Both the position numbers and the translations under genes were made by a program. The notes beneath the pieces are model-generated. The model had not been told where the DNA came from and ran no database searches. It was given only the letters and a program-made list of their open reading frames with translations. A DNA stretch of 63,851 nucleotides, filler included, from Vicugna vicugna (taxonomy: Eukaryota): NCBI GenBank assembly GCA_013265495.1. It is 75 parts of 74 records of this genome, joined end to end, with 100 filler letters (N's around TTAATTAATTAA, not from the genome) between each part and the next. Parts side by side here need not be neighbours in the genome. Positions count along the whole stretch, not along the records: positions 48,342 to 49,339 come from PNXW01030112.1; positions 49,440 to 50,410 come from PNXW01030113.1; positions 50,511 to 51,248 come from PNXW01030117.1; positions 51,349 to 52,435 come from MU063576.1; positions 52,536 to 54,125 come from MU063577.1; positions 54,226 to 54,612 come from PNXW01030123.1; positions 54,713 to 55,120 come from PNXW01030124.1; positions 55,221 to 56,329 come from MU063578.1; 67 more parts are not named here. One strand, written 5' to 3'. Positions 48,342-61,254 of this stretch are shown piece by piece (positions within the stretch are counted from its first letter, which is position 1; each line of letters begins with the position of its first letter).

Positions 48342-49339
48342 CTGGGTTCGAATAGAATCCCTTAGCTTGTATTCCCTGAGTGTTTCAATAAACCGGGCAG
48401 CGAGGGAGTGTTACAGGTTGGGCTTGGAGGGCAAGTAGCCGCGAGTGCCCCCCGATGGACTGAAGTATTACTAAGAGGAGTTCCCCCTATGTGGAACACT
48501 TGTACCCCCATTCATCTGCGTGGAGTGGGGCTCCAAACCCCCCCAACAAACGGCTGCGTTCAGAATTCCTCAGTTTGTGGAAGATCCTCCAACTGACAGC
48601 AGCTACTGACAAATTGAATCCATTAGTTTGATTTCACTGATGCTTTGCCTAGAACGGAGTGCGGGGTAATTTGATTTTTGGATCTTAAGCCAAGTATTAG
48701 CGAGTTCCTCTCCATTTGATGTGGAGATCTTTAACTTACATACCACAACCTGGGAATACCTTTGCCCCCTGAATGTTGCGAGGGAAATATTACCCCCATC
48801 TTCAGCACAAACAACGAGACGTGTTCTGTTACCCTCAGAGTGGGCAGGCTCCTCCAACTGACAGCAGTGCCTGGATTCTAATAGAATTCCTTAGCTGGTT
48901 TTCCCTGATGGTTTGCCTTGGCCCAGGTCCGGGGGATAGTGGGGGTGTCCTCTAAAACCCAATGTTAGCGAGTGCCTCTCAATGGGATGTGGAAGTGTTT
49001 AACATACAACCCCCAACCTGGTAAAACCTGTGCCCCCTGAATGATGCGTGGACTTGGTTTCCCCACCTCCAGCACAGTCACGAAGGAGTGTTAAGTTATC
49101 CTGAGTGTGGTGAGGCTCCTCCAACTGACAGCAGTGCCTGGGTTCTAATTAAATGCTCTAACTTGTATTGTATAAATGTTTCCTTAGTCCGGGTGGCAAG
49201 GGAAAGGATACGGGTTTGGCTTTCAGGACAAGTAGCAGCGAGTGCCCCCTGAAGGACTTACGAAGAACTTAGAGGATTTGTCCCTAACCGGGATCACCTG
49301 TGCCCCCATTCATCTGCGTGGACTGGGGCTCCACTACTT
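48342..49339 (-). repeat. Satellite C (X-Y-Y-X monomers)
   Basis: CCTCCAACTGACAGCAG at 48586, 48851 and 49118. X-type motif at 48509 and 49307 (798 = 3x266). Confidence 0.92.
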
Positions 49340-49439
49340 NNNNNNNNNNNNNNNNNNNNNNNNNNNNNNNNNNNNNNNNNNNNTTAATTAATTAANNNNN
49401 NNNNNNNNNNNNNNNNNNNNNNNNNNNNNNNNNNNNNNN

Positions 49440-50410
49440 GGAACTGAAAATGGTACTTCCTTTTCCTTTTACTGTATTTTTTCACCTGTACTGTTCAGGT
49501 AATTTCAGGTATCTATTGTAGAATTCTAGGGCTTGGTTAATTGAAAAATTTAGACTCTTGGCTCTACAAAATTGCAAGGGATTTCTGTGAGGACAAATTT
49601 TCCTAGACATTGATGCCATGTCCTTTTCCTGTGTGTGCTGTCTGGTCTATATCCAATTGCTGGTATTGCCTTTGTTGTGATGTACACCCCATACTATTTC
49701 GATTTAGATAACCTCACTTTGATTACGCTTATCTCACAAATCTGAAAGAGCACAGGACACTTCCTCTGGTGGAAATGGAGCTTCTAAAGCTTCTCAGGTC
49801 TGCATTCTACTCTCTGTTATTTTGGAGTTTTTCCAGAAGAGCAGAGTGTGAGTGCGCTTGTGCTTTGTAGTGCCACGGGAATATCCCACTGAAACCAGTT
49901 CTTCCAAGAGCTTCTCTGTCTACAGAATCACCAGTGGAAGCATATCTATGGATGTCACACATCAGGGCCTGCTGGAATGACCCTGCAGCCCGAACTTGTT
50001 TTCCTCGCTGCCGAACCGTGCCGGTGCCATCCAAATTGTAGTATCCGTTTTTGAGAAATATACTGAAGGAAATCTTCCTCTTCTCACACTGTGGTCTTGG
50101 ACCACACTTCCTTGACCTCTCATCCTTGTGGCACGGGTGCACGAAGGCAAAAACAGAGCTGTTGCACATCCTGAGTCTCAAACCAAACCATAATCACAGC
50201 CAAGGTTATGAATGTAGCTGTATGGGGATTTCATCACAACATAGACAACAGCAGCAATAGGAGATAGACCAGACAACACACACAGGTACAGGACATGGCA
50301 TCAATGTCTAGGAAAATTTGTCCTCACAGAAATCACACCTCACAGAACTGCAATTGTGTAGAACCAAGAGTCTAAAATTTTCAATTAACCAAGCCATAGA
50401 AGTCTACATT
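49440..50410. mobile_element. Decayed L1-derived multi-copy unit with internal inversion junction
   Basis: 49440-49945 matches 5803-6311. 50220-50410 is the reverse complement of 49515-49694. Confidence 0.8.
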
Positions 50411-51348
50411 NNNNNNNNNNNNNNNNNNNNNNNNNNNNNNNNNNNNNNNNNNNNTTAATTAATTAANNNNNNNNNNNNNNNNNNNNNNNNNNNNNNNNNN
50501 NNNNNNNNNNCATTTTTTGAAGGTCATATATTTGCTCTACATTCTATTTCAATAATTTATACTTACAGTATTATATTTGAATTATAATCATTTGCATGGC
50601 CTCTTTTGTCAAAATGAATATCAGATTCTAGATAGGAAAAACAAAATTGCTTGCTGTGAAAAAAACAAATCCTTAGTATTTAATTAGATATATAATGATA
50701 ATATCTGTAAAACTAATAGCAAAATCCAAATATGCTTCATTGAAAAGTTCTTTAGCACTCTCTCTTATCATCTCTCATTTCCTCTGATGTACTAGGCCTA
50801 AATTGCCGCTTATAATATGTGATGAAATACAAAAACCTACATGTTGCCTTTTGTTTTATCTGGGAGCAAGTAGATTGTACAAATAAGCTTGATTGCTCTG
50901 TGAAAGAAAATGTGACCATCTGTAGCAATTCATATTGTGAACTTGTTACATAGATAATTATTATGATTAGTGTTACAATTCAGCAATCAGAAGTCTGTAC
51001 AGGATCCAAAGGAACACAGCAGGATGATACTCCATCTAAATGGGCTCAGGAAAAATGCAATGTATTTGACATGCACGCTCCACAAGCAGAATCAATTTGA
51101 CATACCGTACAGTCATTTTTCTCTCCCTCAGTAGCTTGGCGCAGGAGCAGCATCATGCATAGAAGGGAGCTTCCTATACAGAACCGAGGTTATTGTATTT
51201 GTGTAAGAATAGATCCACCCTTGGGTACATTCAAGATATTACTAGAGTNNNNNNNNNNNNNNNNNNNNNNNNNNNNNNNNNNNNNNNNNNNNTTAATTAA
51301 TTAANNNNNNNNNNNNNNNNNNNNNNNNNNNNNNNNNNNNNNNNNNNN

Positions 51349-52435
51349 GCAAACACGTCAGGCCATGCATTTCTCCGTTTGCTTCCAACAGAGTCTCATA
51401 TAAGCTGAATTCCTTAAGATAGTGCTTCCAATCCCGTATGATTTCCTGCTTCCCTCTCCCATCTTTAGGGTTTTGATGTCCTCCTTGCCTTCTTCTTGTT
51501 TCTTCTTTTCCACTCATGCTCTTCTTGCATTTCCAATAAGGGTTNNNNNNNNNNNNNNNNNNNNNNNNNNNNNNNNNNNNNNNNNNNNNNNNNNNNNNNN
51601 NNNNNNNNNNNNNNNNNNNNNNNNNNNNNNNNNNNNNNNNNNNNNNNNNNNNNNNNNNNNNNNNNNNNNNNNNNNNNNNNNNNNNNNNNNNNNNNNNNNN
51701 NNNNNNNNNNNNNNNNNNNNNNNNNNNNNNNNNNNNNNNNNNNNNNNNNNNNNNNNNNNNNNNNNNNNNNNNNNNNNNNNNNNNNNNNNNNNNNNNNNNN
51801 NNNNNNNNNNNNNNNNNNNNNNNNNNNNNNNNNNNNNNNNNNNNNNNNNNNNNNNNNNNNNNNNNNNNNNNNNNNNNNNNNNNNNNNNNNNNNNNNNNNN
51901 NNNNNNNNNNNNNNNNNNNNNNNNNNNNNNNNNNNNNNNNNNNNNNNNNNNNNNNNNNNNNNNNNNNNNNNNNNNNNNNNNNNNNNNNNNNNNNNNNNNN
52001 NNNNNNNNNNNNNNNNNNNNNNNNNNNNNNNNNNNNNNNNNNNNNNNNNNNNNNNNNNNNNNNNNNNNNNNNNNNNNNNNNNNNNNNNNNNNNNNNNNNN
52101 NNNNNNNNNNNNNNNNNNNNNNNNNNNNNNNNNNNNNNNNNNNNNNNNNNNNNNNNNNNNNNNNNNNNNNNNNNNNNNNNNNNNNNNNNNNNNNNNNNNN
52201 NNNNNNATTTTCTCATCCACTGAGTTTTCTGAGATTATTTGGCTCGTCTTTAGGCTTTCTCTTCCCCTTTTCTGGTATTCTGCCTTTTGTGATTCTGAGA
52301 CACTGTTGTTCTTCAGTGTTTCCCTCACCTCCATTTTCAATTCTTGATCTGGAGTGCGTTTTGCAGTCTAGTTGTCTGAAAGCTTATCTATAAGGCCTTC
52401 AATCTCTTTGGAACTGAAAATGGTACTTCCTTTTC
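51349..52435 (-). mobile_element. Decayed L1 ORF1-derived multi-copy unit
   Basis: 52207-52435 matches 5601-5830. 51476-51544 is the reverse complement of 13032-13101. Confidence 0.8.
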
Positions 52436-52535
52436 NNNNNNNNNNNNNNNNNNNNNNNNNNNNNNNNNNNNNNNNNNNNTTAATTAATTAANNNNNNNNN
52501 NNNNNNNNNNNNNNNNNNNNNNNNNNNNNNNNNNN

Positions 52536-54125
52536 TATTTACTCTGACTTCATATGTTTTTTTTATCACCAGGTTTTAATGAGAGGTTTGGCATCAGAAA
52601 ACACTTTTTGAGCGAATTTTCACCAACACAGATGAATTTAAATTTTTTACATAACCATGGCATTCCGTATTCCGAATATGTTTCATGCATCTCGGATTCC
52701 TCAAACATGCATTTCTGAGTCGTAAACATGCGCATGACTGATGTTACAACCACCAAACAAGTACCTATGCACTTTGAAATATATACTTTGACTTGGTTGT
52801 TTCTTCCTATCACCAGTGTCAAGAATCACACTTTGATCCCAGAAAAANNNNNNNNNNNNNNNNNNNNNNNNNNNNNNNNNNNNNNNNNNNNNNNNNNNNN
52901 NNNNNNNNNNNNNNNNNNNNNNNNNNNNNNNNNNNNNNNNNNNNNNNNNNNNNNNNNNNNNNNNNNNNNNNNNNNNNNNNNNNNNNNNNNNNNNNNNNNN
53001 NNNNNNNNNNNNNNNNNNNNNNNNNNNNNNNNNNNNNNNNNNNNNNNNNNNNNNNNNNNNNNNNNNNNNNNNNNNNNNNNNNNNNNNNNNNNNNNNNNNN
53101 NNNNNNNNNNNNNNNNNNNNNNNNNNNNNNNNNNNNNNNNNNNNNNNNNNNNNNNNNNNNNNNNNNNNNNNNNNNNNNNNNNNNNNNNNNNNNNNNNNNN
53201 NNNNNNNNNNNNNNNNNNNNNNNNNNNNNNNNNNNNNNNNNNNNNNNNNNNNNNNNNNNNNNNNNNNNNNNNNNNNNNNNNNNNNNNNNNNNNNNNNNNN
53301 NNNNNNNNNNNNNNNNNNNNNNNNNNNNNNNNNNNNNNNNNNNNNNNNNNNNNNNNNNNNNNNNNNNNNNNNNNNNNNNNNNNNNNNNNNNNNNNNNNNN
53401 NNNNNNNNNNNNNNNNNNNNNNNNNNNNNNNNNNNNNNNNNNNNNNNNNNNNNNNNNNNNNNNNNNNNNNNNNNNNNNNNNNNNNNNNNNNNNNNNNNNN
53501 NNNNNNNNNNNNNNNNNNNNNNNNNNNNNNNNNNNNNNNNNNNNNNNNNNNNNNNNNNNNNNNNNNNNNNNNNNNNNNNNNNNNNNNNNNNNTCCCAGAA
53601 AAACCCTCTTGGAGCGAATTCTACCCTAGAGATATATAATTTGAATAGATTCCATCTAGATGATATTCCGTGTTCCGTACATGCTACATACATGACGGAT
53701 TCGACAAACAGGCATTCCTGAGTTGAGGGCATCTGGATTACTAATCTTTCATCCTCTATAAAAGGAATATTTTCATCTAGAATCTTGTACACATTTTCAT
53801 AAGCTTTCTCTAGCACCAGTTTGGAATTCGGGCTTTTTTCACAGAAAAAAACTTCTGGAGCGATTTCCACCTAACAGATATGTAATTTACATGAATTCCA
53901 TCAACATGGCATTCCGGGTTCCGTACATGCTACATGCATGACAGATACGAAAACATGAGTCTCTGAGTTGTGAGCATGTGGATTATTGAACTTTCATCCA
54001 CCATACAAGGCATATATACTCTTAGAAAAATTTACTCTGTCTTCATAGGTTTTTTCTATCACCAGGTTATAAAATCGGATATTTGACACCAGGAAACACT
54101 CTTTGAGCGAATTCTCACCAATACA
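52536..54125 (-). repeat. Satellite B, reverse orientation
   Basis: Reverse complement of B subunits. Confidence 0.94.
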
Positions 54126-54225
54126 NNNNNNNNNNNNNNNNNNNNNNNNNNNNNNNNNNNNNNNNNNNNTTAATTAATTAANNNNNNNNNNNNNNNNNNN
54201 NNNNNNNNNNNNNNNNNNNNNNNNN

Positions 54226-54612
54226 TTCATATAGACTCGTGTACAGATTTTCACAAGCTTTCCCTAACAGAAGTTTCGAATTAGTGCAGTTTTCACCGAA
54301 GAATACTTCTGGAGTGTATTCAAACTAATAGATATATAATTTACATGAATTCCATCAACATGTCATTCCGCGTTCCGTACATGCTACATGCATGACGGAT
54401 TCGGCAAACATGAATTTCTGAGATCTCAGCATGTGGATTACTGACCTTTCATCCACAACCAAACAAGGCATATATACACTTAGAAATATTTACTCTGACT
54501 TCATAGTTTTTTTCTGTCACAAGGTACTAATATCGGACATTTGGCTCTAGAAAAGCCTCTTTGAGCGATTCTAACCAATACACATGTAATTTACATTGTT
54601 TACATAACCATG
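54226..54612 (-). repeat. Satellite B, reverse orientation
   Basis: Reverse complement of B subunits. Confidence 0.93.
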
Positions 54613-54754
54613 NNNNNNNNNNNNNNNNNNNNNNNNNNNNNNNNNNNNNNNNNNNNTTAATTAATTAANNNNNNNNNNNNNNNNNNNNNNNNNNNNNNNN
54701 NNNNNNNNNNNNATAACCTTTATTTATCTCCCTGATTTGTAATGCCTTCCATCT

Positions 54755-54835
54755 CTTGTTCTTCCTGCTCAACCGCGTCCCATTTGTACTCAAGCACTGC
54801 CTGGCGCCGATTCCAGAACTCCAGAAGTAAGGTGA
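54755..54835 (-). pseudogene. ANO6: Truncated ANO6-derived exon (a different, more 5' exon)
   Basis: Acceptor ctctctctctgttag|TC, then TLLLEFWNRRQAVLEYKWDAVEQEEQ versus recalled ANO6 [29 protein letters not shown]. Homology ends at ~54755 and the frame reaches TAA at 54720-54722. Confidence 0.88.
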
Positions 54836-55220
54836 CTAACAGAGAGAGAGAACAGCAGAATGTGGATCTTCAGTGATGACTGATGCTTCAGAAATCTGTA
54901 CTTAATATTTATTACACTTAACACTTTGGTAAATGGTTAATAAAATCACATTTTAATTTTATTTATAGGCGATACTAAAGAGAAAAATGAGTTAATACCT
55001 TTTTTTAAGAAAAAAGAAAATGAAGATAATTTATTGAACTTTTGGAAACAGACAATCTCTCTAGCTCAAGGGAAAGTATTAACGTGATGGTCAGAGGCAG
55101 GTGACTGTCTGATGCTAAAGNNNNNNNNNNNNNNNNNNNNNNNNNNNNNNNNNNNNNNNNNNNNTTAATTAATTAANNNNNNNNNNNNNNNNNNNNNNNN
55201 NNNNNNNNNNNNNNNNNNNN

Positions 55221-56329
55221 AATATGGAAAACAGAATACACAACCCAGAATTTAGAAATGGAATGAAAAACACAGAATATAGAAAATAGAATACAGAATG
55301 CTGAATATAGAATTTAGAATATAGAATGTAGAACACAGAATATAGAATATAGAATAAAGAATATTGAACCCAGAATTTTTAACATGGAATGCAGAACNNN
55401 NNNNNNNNNNNNNNNNNNNNNNNNNNNNNNNNNNNNNNNNNNNNNNNNNNNNNNNNNNNNNNNNNNNNNNNNNNNNNNNNNNNNNNNNNNNNNNNNNNNN
55501 NNNNNNNNNNNNNNNNNNNNNNNNNNNNNNNNNNNNNNNNNNNNNNNNNNNNNNNNNNNNNNNNNNNNNNNNNNNNNNNNNNNNNNNNNNNNNNNNNNNN
55601 NNNNNNNNNNNNNNNNNNNNNNNNNNNNNNNNNNNNNNNNNNNNNNNNNNNNNNNNNNNNNNNNNNNNNNNNNNNNNNNNNNNNNNNNNNNNNNNNNNNN
55701 NNNNNNNNNNNNNNNNNNNNNNNNNNNNNNNNNNNNNNNNNNNNNNNNNNNNNNNNNNNNNNNNNNNNNNNNNNNNNNNNNNNNNNNNNNNNNNNNNNNN
55801 NNNNNNNNNNNNNNNNNNNNNNNNNNNNNNNNNNNNNNNNNNNNNNNNNNNNNNNNNNNNNNNNNNNNNNNNNNNNNNNNNNNNNNNNNNNNNNNNNNNN
55901 NNNNNNNNNNNNNNNNNNNNNNNNNNNNNNNNNNNNNNNNNNNNNNNNNNNNNNNNNNNNNNNNNNNNNNNNNNNNNNNNNNNNNNNNNNNNNNNNNNNN
56001 NNNNNNNNNNNNNNNNNNNNNNNNNNNNNNNNNNNNNNNNNNNNNNNNNNNNNNNNNNNNNNNNNNNNNNNNNNNNNNNNNNNNNNNNNNNNNNNNNNNN
56101 NNNNNNNNNNNNNNNNNNNNNNNNNNNNNNNNNNNNNNNNNNNNNNNNNNNNNNNNNNNNNNNNNNNNNNNNNNNNNNNNNNNNNNNNNNNNNNNNNNNN
56201 NNNNNNNNNNNNNNATAATGTAGAACACAGAATATTGAATATAGAATACGGAATGAAGAATATAGAATACAGAATATAGAATGAAGAAAACAGAATTTAG
56301 ATTATGAAAAAAAGAATACAGAAAACAGA
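55221..56329 (+). repeat. Satellite E (heptamer)
   Basis: ATAGAAT/ACAGAAT units on both sides of the gap. Confidence 0.93.
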
Positions 56330-56429
56330 NNNNNNNNNNNNNNNNNNNNNNNNNNNNNNNNNNNNNNNNNNNNTTAATTAATTAANNNNNNNNNNNNNNN
56401 NNNNNNNNNNNNNNNNNNNNNNNNNNNNN

Positions 56430-57142
56430 GTTTTCTCTCAGAGTCAGTCCTAGGGAAACACACAGGGATTACAAACTAAGGGATTCTATTAGAACGCAGC
56501 CGCTTCTGTCAACTGAAATTGCCAGCCCACACTCCGGATAGCAGAAAACTTCTTCATGTGTGTTCTGGTGGTGGGCATACAGAGTCCACGCTGTTTTCAA
56601 GGAGCACAGGTATTCCCATGTTGTGGGGTTTTGGTTAATAAACTCCAAATCCCATGGAGAAGCACTCGCTAATACTTGGTTTTATAGCCCAACCCATCCT
56701 TTCTCCAGCACTCCGTATCAGGCAACCAAACAGGATAGACAAGTTAAGGGATTTTATAAGAACCTAGGCCCTGCTCTCAGTTGGAGGAGGCTGCCCACAC
56801 TCAGGATAACTGTGCAAGTGTTCGTGTGTGTACTGGGGTTGTGGAAACAGACTCCACGGATCTTTATGGGGGCTCAGGTGTTCCCAGGTTAGGGATGTAG
56901 TTTAAACACCTCCACAAACCATAGAGAGGTCATCGCAAATACAAGGTTTCGGAGCCCAAACCACACTTTCCCCCGCACTCCCGCCTAGGCTTTCTTCAGG
57001 GAAGACAAGCAAAGGGATTCAACTAGAACCCAGGCGCTGCTGTCAGCTGGAGGAACTTCCCTGCACTCAGAATTCCAGAAAACATTCTTAGATGTGAGAG
57101 AGATGTGCAGCCCCACTGCAACCAGATGAATGGAGGAAAAGG
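56430..57142 (+). repeat. Satellite C, reverse complement paralog of 11620-12293
   Basis: The ORF translations 56560+ and 12205- are nearly identical (RVHA.FKEHRYSHVVGFWLI.SKSHGEALANTW). Confidence 0.92.
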
Positions 57143-57242
57143 NNNNNNNNNNNNNNNNNNNNNNNNNNNNNNNNNNNNNNNNNNNNTTAATTAATTAANN
57201 NNNNNNNNNNNNNNNNNNNNNNNNNNNNNNNNNNNNNNNNNN

Positions 57243-58101
57243 TTGGATTTTGGCTCCACATTTACCCGCCACAAAATTTTGGGTTCCAGAATCCTGAGTG
57301 TTGGAACGTTCCTCCAAATGTCAGCAGGGCTTGTGTTCTTGAATCCCTTAACGTGCCTTCCCTGATGGTTTGCTTATGCTGGAGTGCAGGGGATTGTGGG
57401 GTTTCGGCTCTAATACCAAGTATTAGCCAATGCATCTACATGTGAAGTTGAGAAATTTTAACTACAACCAGCATCGTAGGAATACATGTGCCACCTGAAA
57501 GTTGCCTGGACTCTATTTCCCCACCTCCAGCACACATACGAGGAACTTTTCTTCTATCCAGAATGTGGGGATTCTCCTCCAAATGACAGCAGCACCTGAA
57601 GTCTAATAGAATCCGTTAGCTTGACTTCCTTGAGTGTTTACCAAGGCCGGGCTGTAAGCGAATGTGGGTGTTGGGCCCTAAAGACAAGGATTAGCTAGTG
57701 CTCCTCTATGGGCAGTGGAGATATTTAAACCAAATAACCAACTTTGGAACACCTGTGTCCCCCTAAAGATGCGGGGAATATCTTTCCCACCTCCAGAACA
57801 CACACGATGACTTTCAGATATCCTTAGTGTGGGGGGGGCTCCTCAAAATGACAGCAGCTTCTGGGTTCTAATAGAATCCCTTAGCTTGTAATACGAGTGT
57901 TTCCCTGGTCCGGGATGTGAGGGAAAGCTGATGGGCTTGGAGTCCAAGTAGCAGTGAGTGCCCACTGATCGATTGAGGAAGTACATAGAGGACTTCTCCC
58001 TAAAGGGAACACTTTTGCCCCCATTCATCTAGTTGAAGTGGGGTTGAACAAATCCACCACAAACAAGAATGTGTTCCGGAATCCTGAGTGCAGAGAACTT
58101 C
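57243..58101 (-). repeat. Satellite C
   Basis: CCTC.AAATG.CAGCAG at ~57312, 57577 and 57841; monomer order Y-Y-X. Confidence 0.9.
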
Positions 58102-59873
58102 NNNNNNNNNNNNNNNNNNNNNNNNNNNNNNNNNNNNNNNNNNNNTTAATTAATTAANNNNNNNNNNNNNNNNNNNNNNNNNNNNNNNNNNNNNNNNNNN
58201 NGCCCACCCCACCCCTCCCGCTGTTAAATGCAGGAGCACAGGCAGGACTCAGCCTTTGCTGTCTCTGTGTCATCACAGTGAGATAGGATGGAAGGGGGCA
58301 GAGCACAGCCATTCTAGGAAGGCCACAGCAATTAACATCAAAATGGTGAAGGATTCATACCCCAATAGGCCTTGAGGCTCAGGATGAAGAGATTTAANNN
58401 NNNNNNNNNNNNNNNNNNNNNNNNNNNNNNNNNNNNNNNNNNNNNNNNNNNNNNNNNNNNNNNNNNNNNNNNNNNNNNNNNNNNNNNNNNNNNNNNNNNN
58501 NNNNNNNNNNNNNNNNNNNNNNNNNNNNNNNNNNNNNNNNNNNNNNNNNNNNNNNNNNNNNNNNNNNNNNNNNNNNNNNNNNNNNNNNNNNNNNNNNNNN
58601 NNNNNNNNNNNNNNNNNNNNNNNNNNNNNNNNNNNNNNNNNNNNNNNNNNNNNNNNNNNNNNNNNNNNNNNNNNNNNNNNNNNNNNNNNNNNNNNNNNNN
58701 NNNNNNNNNNNNNNNNNNNNNNNNNNNNNNNNNNNNNNNNNNNNNNNNNNNNNNNNNNNNNNNNNNNNNNNNNNNNNNNNNNNNNNNNNNNNNNNNNNNN
58801 NNNNNNNNNNNNNNNNNNNNNNNNNNNNNNNNNNNNNNNNNNNNNNNNNNNNNNNNNNNNNNNNNNNNNNNNNNNNNNNNNNNNNNNNNNNNNNNNNNGT
58901 ATCAACAGGGCTGTCAAGGGTAGTTTGAGTCCCCAGCTAAGGGACAGAAGCAGCCTCCAGTGCTCCAATTGGCGGGCAGCCTCTCCCCCAGTATGGGCCT
59001 TGGCGTCTGCCCGGTTCTGTGTTTCTCTATTGTGCTGACTCCCCAGCCAGACAGCGTAATCCTAGGCCTGTCCCNNNNNNNNNNNNNNNNNNNNNNNNNN
59101 NNNNNNNNNNNNNNNNNNTTAATTAATTAANNNNNNNNNNNNNNNNNNNNNNNNNNNNNNNNNNNNNNNNNNNNTTAATCAGGTGAGTGATAGGGTTGTA
59201 TTGGCACGGATAAAGATTTCGAGGATGGAGTAAATAGAGGCAGAAGCAGAAGGCACACATGAGGTTGCTGAAGGGTAGGCAGGAAGCGATGGTGGGAAAG
59301 GCAAACTGACTAATTTGTCTTTCTCTTTCCTAAGTGCTTCGGCCACACAAACCCTCCCGTCCTGGTAGCCTTTATGGCATCAGCATCCACTGCCTTTCAA
59401 GCCAAGGTCGTGGACAAGAGTCAGAGAGAAGCACTTCCCTGGGCCTGAAGTCCCCGTCACCCCCGTGGATGCCCAGGGTCACAGATGCGCTGCGCCGGGG
59501 CTGACACGCGCTCTTACAGACTCGCTTCAGCTTCACAGGGTTTGTGACGCGGGCCCCCCCCCCTGCCGGGGCCCCTCTGCCCCGCATCTCAGGGCCGCCT
59601 TACTCAGCACCTCGGTTCCTGCTGTTTCCTCCGAGGGAAGCTGATCCGAGTGTGCGCCTAAGTTCCGGTGTGTTTCATGGGGAGAACCATCTCCAACGCG
59701 GACAGCCTCCTGCCTTTCTGTTAATAACTATGCGGCAGATTCGGTTGCCTGTAAGGACACAGCTGCTGTGGGCNNNNNNNNNNNNNNNNNNNNNNNNNNN
59801 NNNNNNNNNNNNNNNNNTTAATTAATTAANNNNNNNNNNNNNNNNNNNNNNNNNNNNNNNNNNNNNNNNNNNN

Positions 59874-60342
59874 GGCACTGCTCTCAGTTGGAGGAACTTT
59901 CCCACTCTCAGAATTCCGTAAGCCAACCTTGTGTGGCGGGAAATGTGGATCCACAAACCAAGTAGATGAATGGAGTCACACTTGTTTCCCATTAGAGAGA
60001 AGTCCTCTAAATAATTCCATATTCCATCGGGGGGAAGTTGCTGCTACTTGGCCTCCAAGCCAAACTCCCAGATTTCCCTCTCAGCCCGGCATAGGGACAC
60101 ACTCAAGGAATACAAGCTAAGGGATTCTNNNNNNNNNNNNNNNNNNNNNNNNNNNNNNNNNNNNNNNNNNNNNNNNNNNNNNNNNNNNNNNNNNNNNNNN
60201 NNNNNNNNNNNNNNNNNNNNNNNNNNNNNNNNNNNNTTTTTCAGGGAGTAATTCCCAAGTTGTGGATTGCAGTTTAAAGTCCTCCACATCTCGTAGGGAG
60301 GCACTCGATTGTACTTGTTTGTCGAGACTGAACCCCACATTC
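59874..60342 (+). repeat. Satellite C
   Basis: CTGCTCTCAGTTGGAGGAAC and ACAAGCTAAGGGATTCT motifs. Confidence 0.85.
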
Positions 60343-60442
60343 NNNNNNNNNNNNNNNNNNNNNNNNNNNNNNNNNNNNNNNNNNNNTTAATTAATTAANN
60401 NNNNNNNNNNNNNNNNNNNNNNNNNNNNNNNNNNNNNNNNNN

Positions 60443-61254
60443 TTGTTATTCTTTAGATTCCACATATAAAATATATGATATACTTTTTCTTTGTCTAAGT
60501 TTCTTCACTAGGCACAAAATTTACTAGGTCCATTCAGGATGCTGAAATAGCAATGTGTTATACTTTTTCATGGCTGACTAATATTCCATTGCATATTTAT
60601 AGAATCATCATATCTTCTTAAGTCCATACTCTACTGTGGACTCTTGGATTGCTTCAAAGTCTTGCATGTTAAAAACAGTGCTGTTGTGAACACTGGTCCT
60701 TTTCAATTTAGGGTTTTTTCCCCAGATTTTTCCTAGGAGAGGTCTTACTGCTTCATATGGTAGTTCTGTTTTAGTTTCTAAAGATATATGAATACTGTTT
60801 TCCATAGAAGATCTTCCAATTTATATTCCTACCATGTGTATACAAGAGATTTCTTACCTCCACATCATCTCCAACACTTTCCATTTGTAGACTTTTTTAT
60901 AATAGCCACTTGAACAGTGTGAAGTGATACCTCATTGTGGTTTTGATTTNNNNNNNNNNNNNNNNNNNNNNNNNNNNNNNNNNNNNNNNNACCTGCCCGT
61001 TACTCATCAGTAAGTTTTCTTTGGAAAAATATTAACTCAGTTACTCTGCTCTTGTTTTTGATTGGGTTTTTACTTTTCACATTGAGTTGTGTAACCTAAA
61101 TCCATGTTACATCTATTAACCTACATCTATTAAACCCTGGTCACTTGCATTATTTGCCAATATATTCTCCAATTACACAGGCACTGTTTTCACTTCATTG
61201 ATTGTGTCTTTAGCTGTGCAGAAATTTTCAAGTTTGTTTAGGTCTCACTTGCTT
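60443..61254 (-). mobile_element. Decayed L1 ORF2 3' region
   Basis: TTTAGATTCCACATAT...GTGAAGTGATACCTCATTGTGGTTTTGATTT...GCTGTGCAGAA is antisense L1 3' sequence. Confidence 0.9.
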
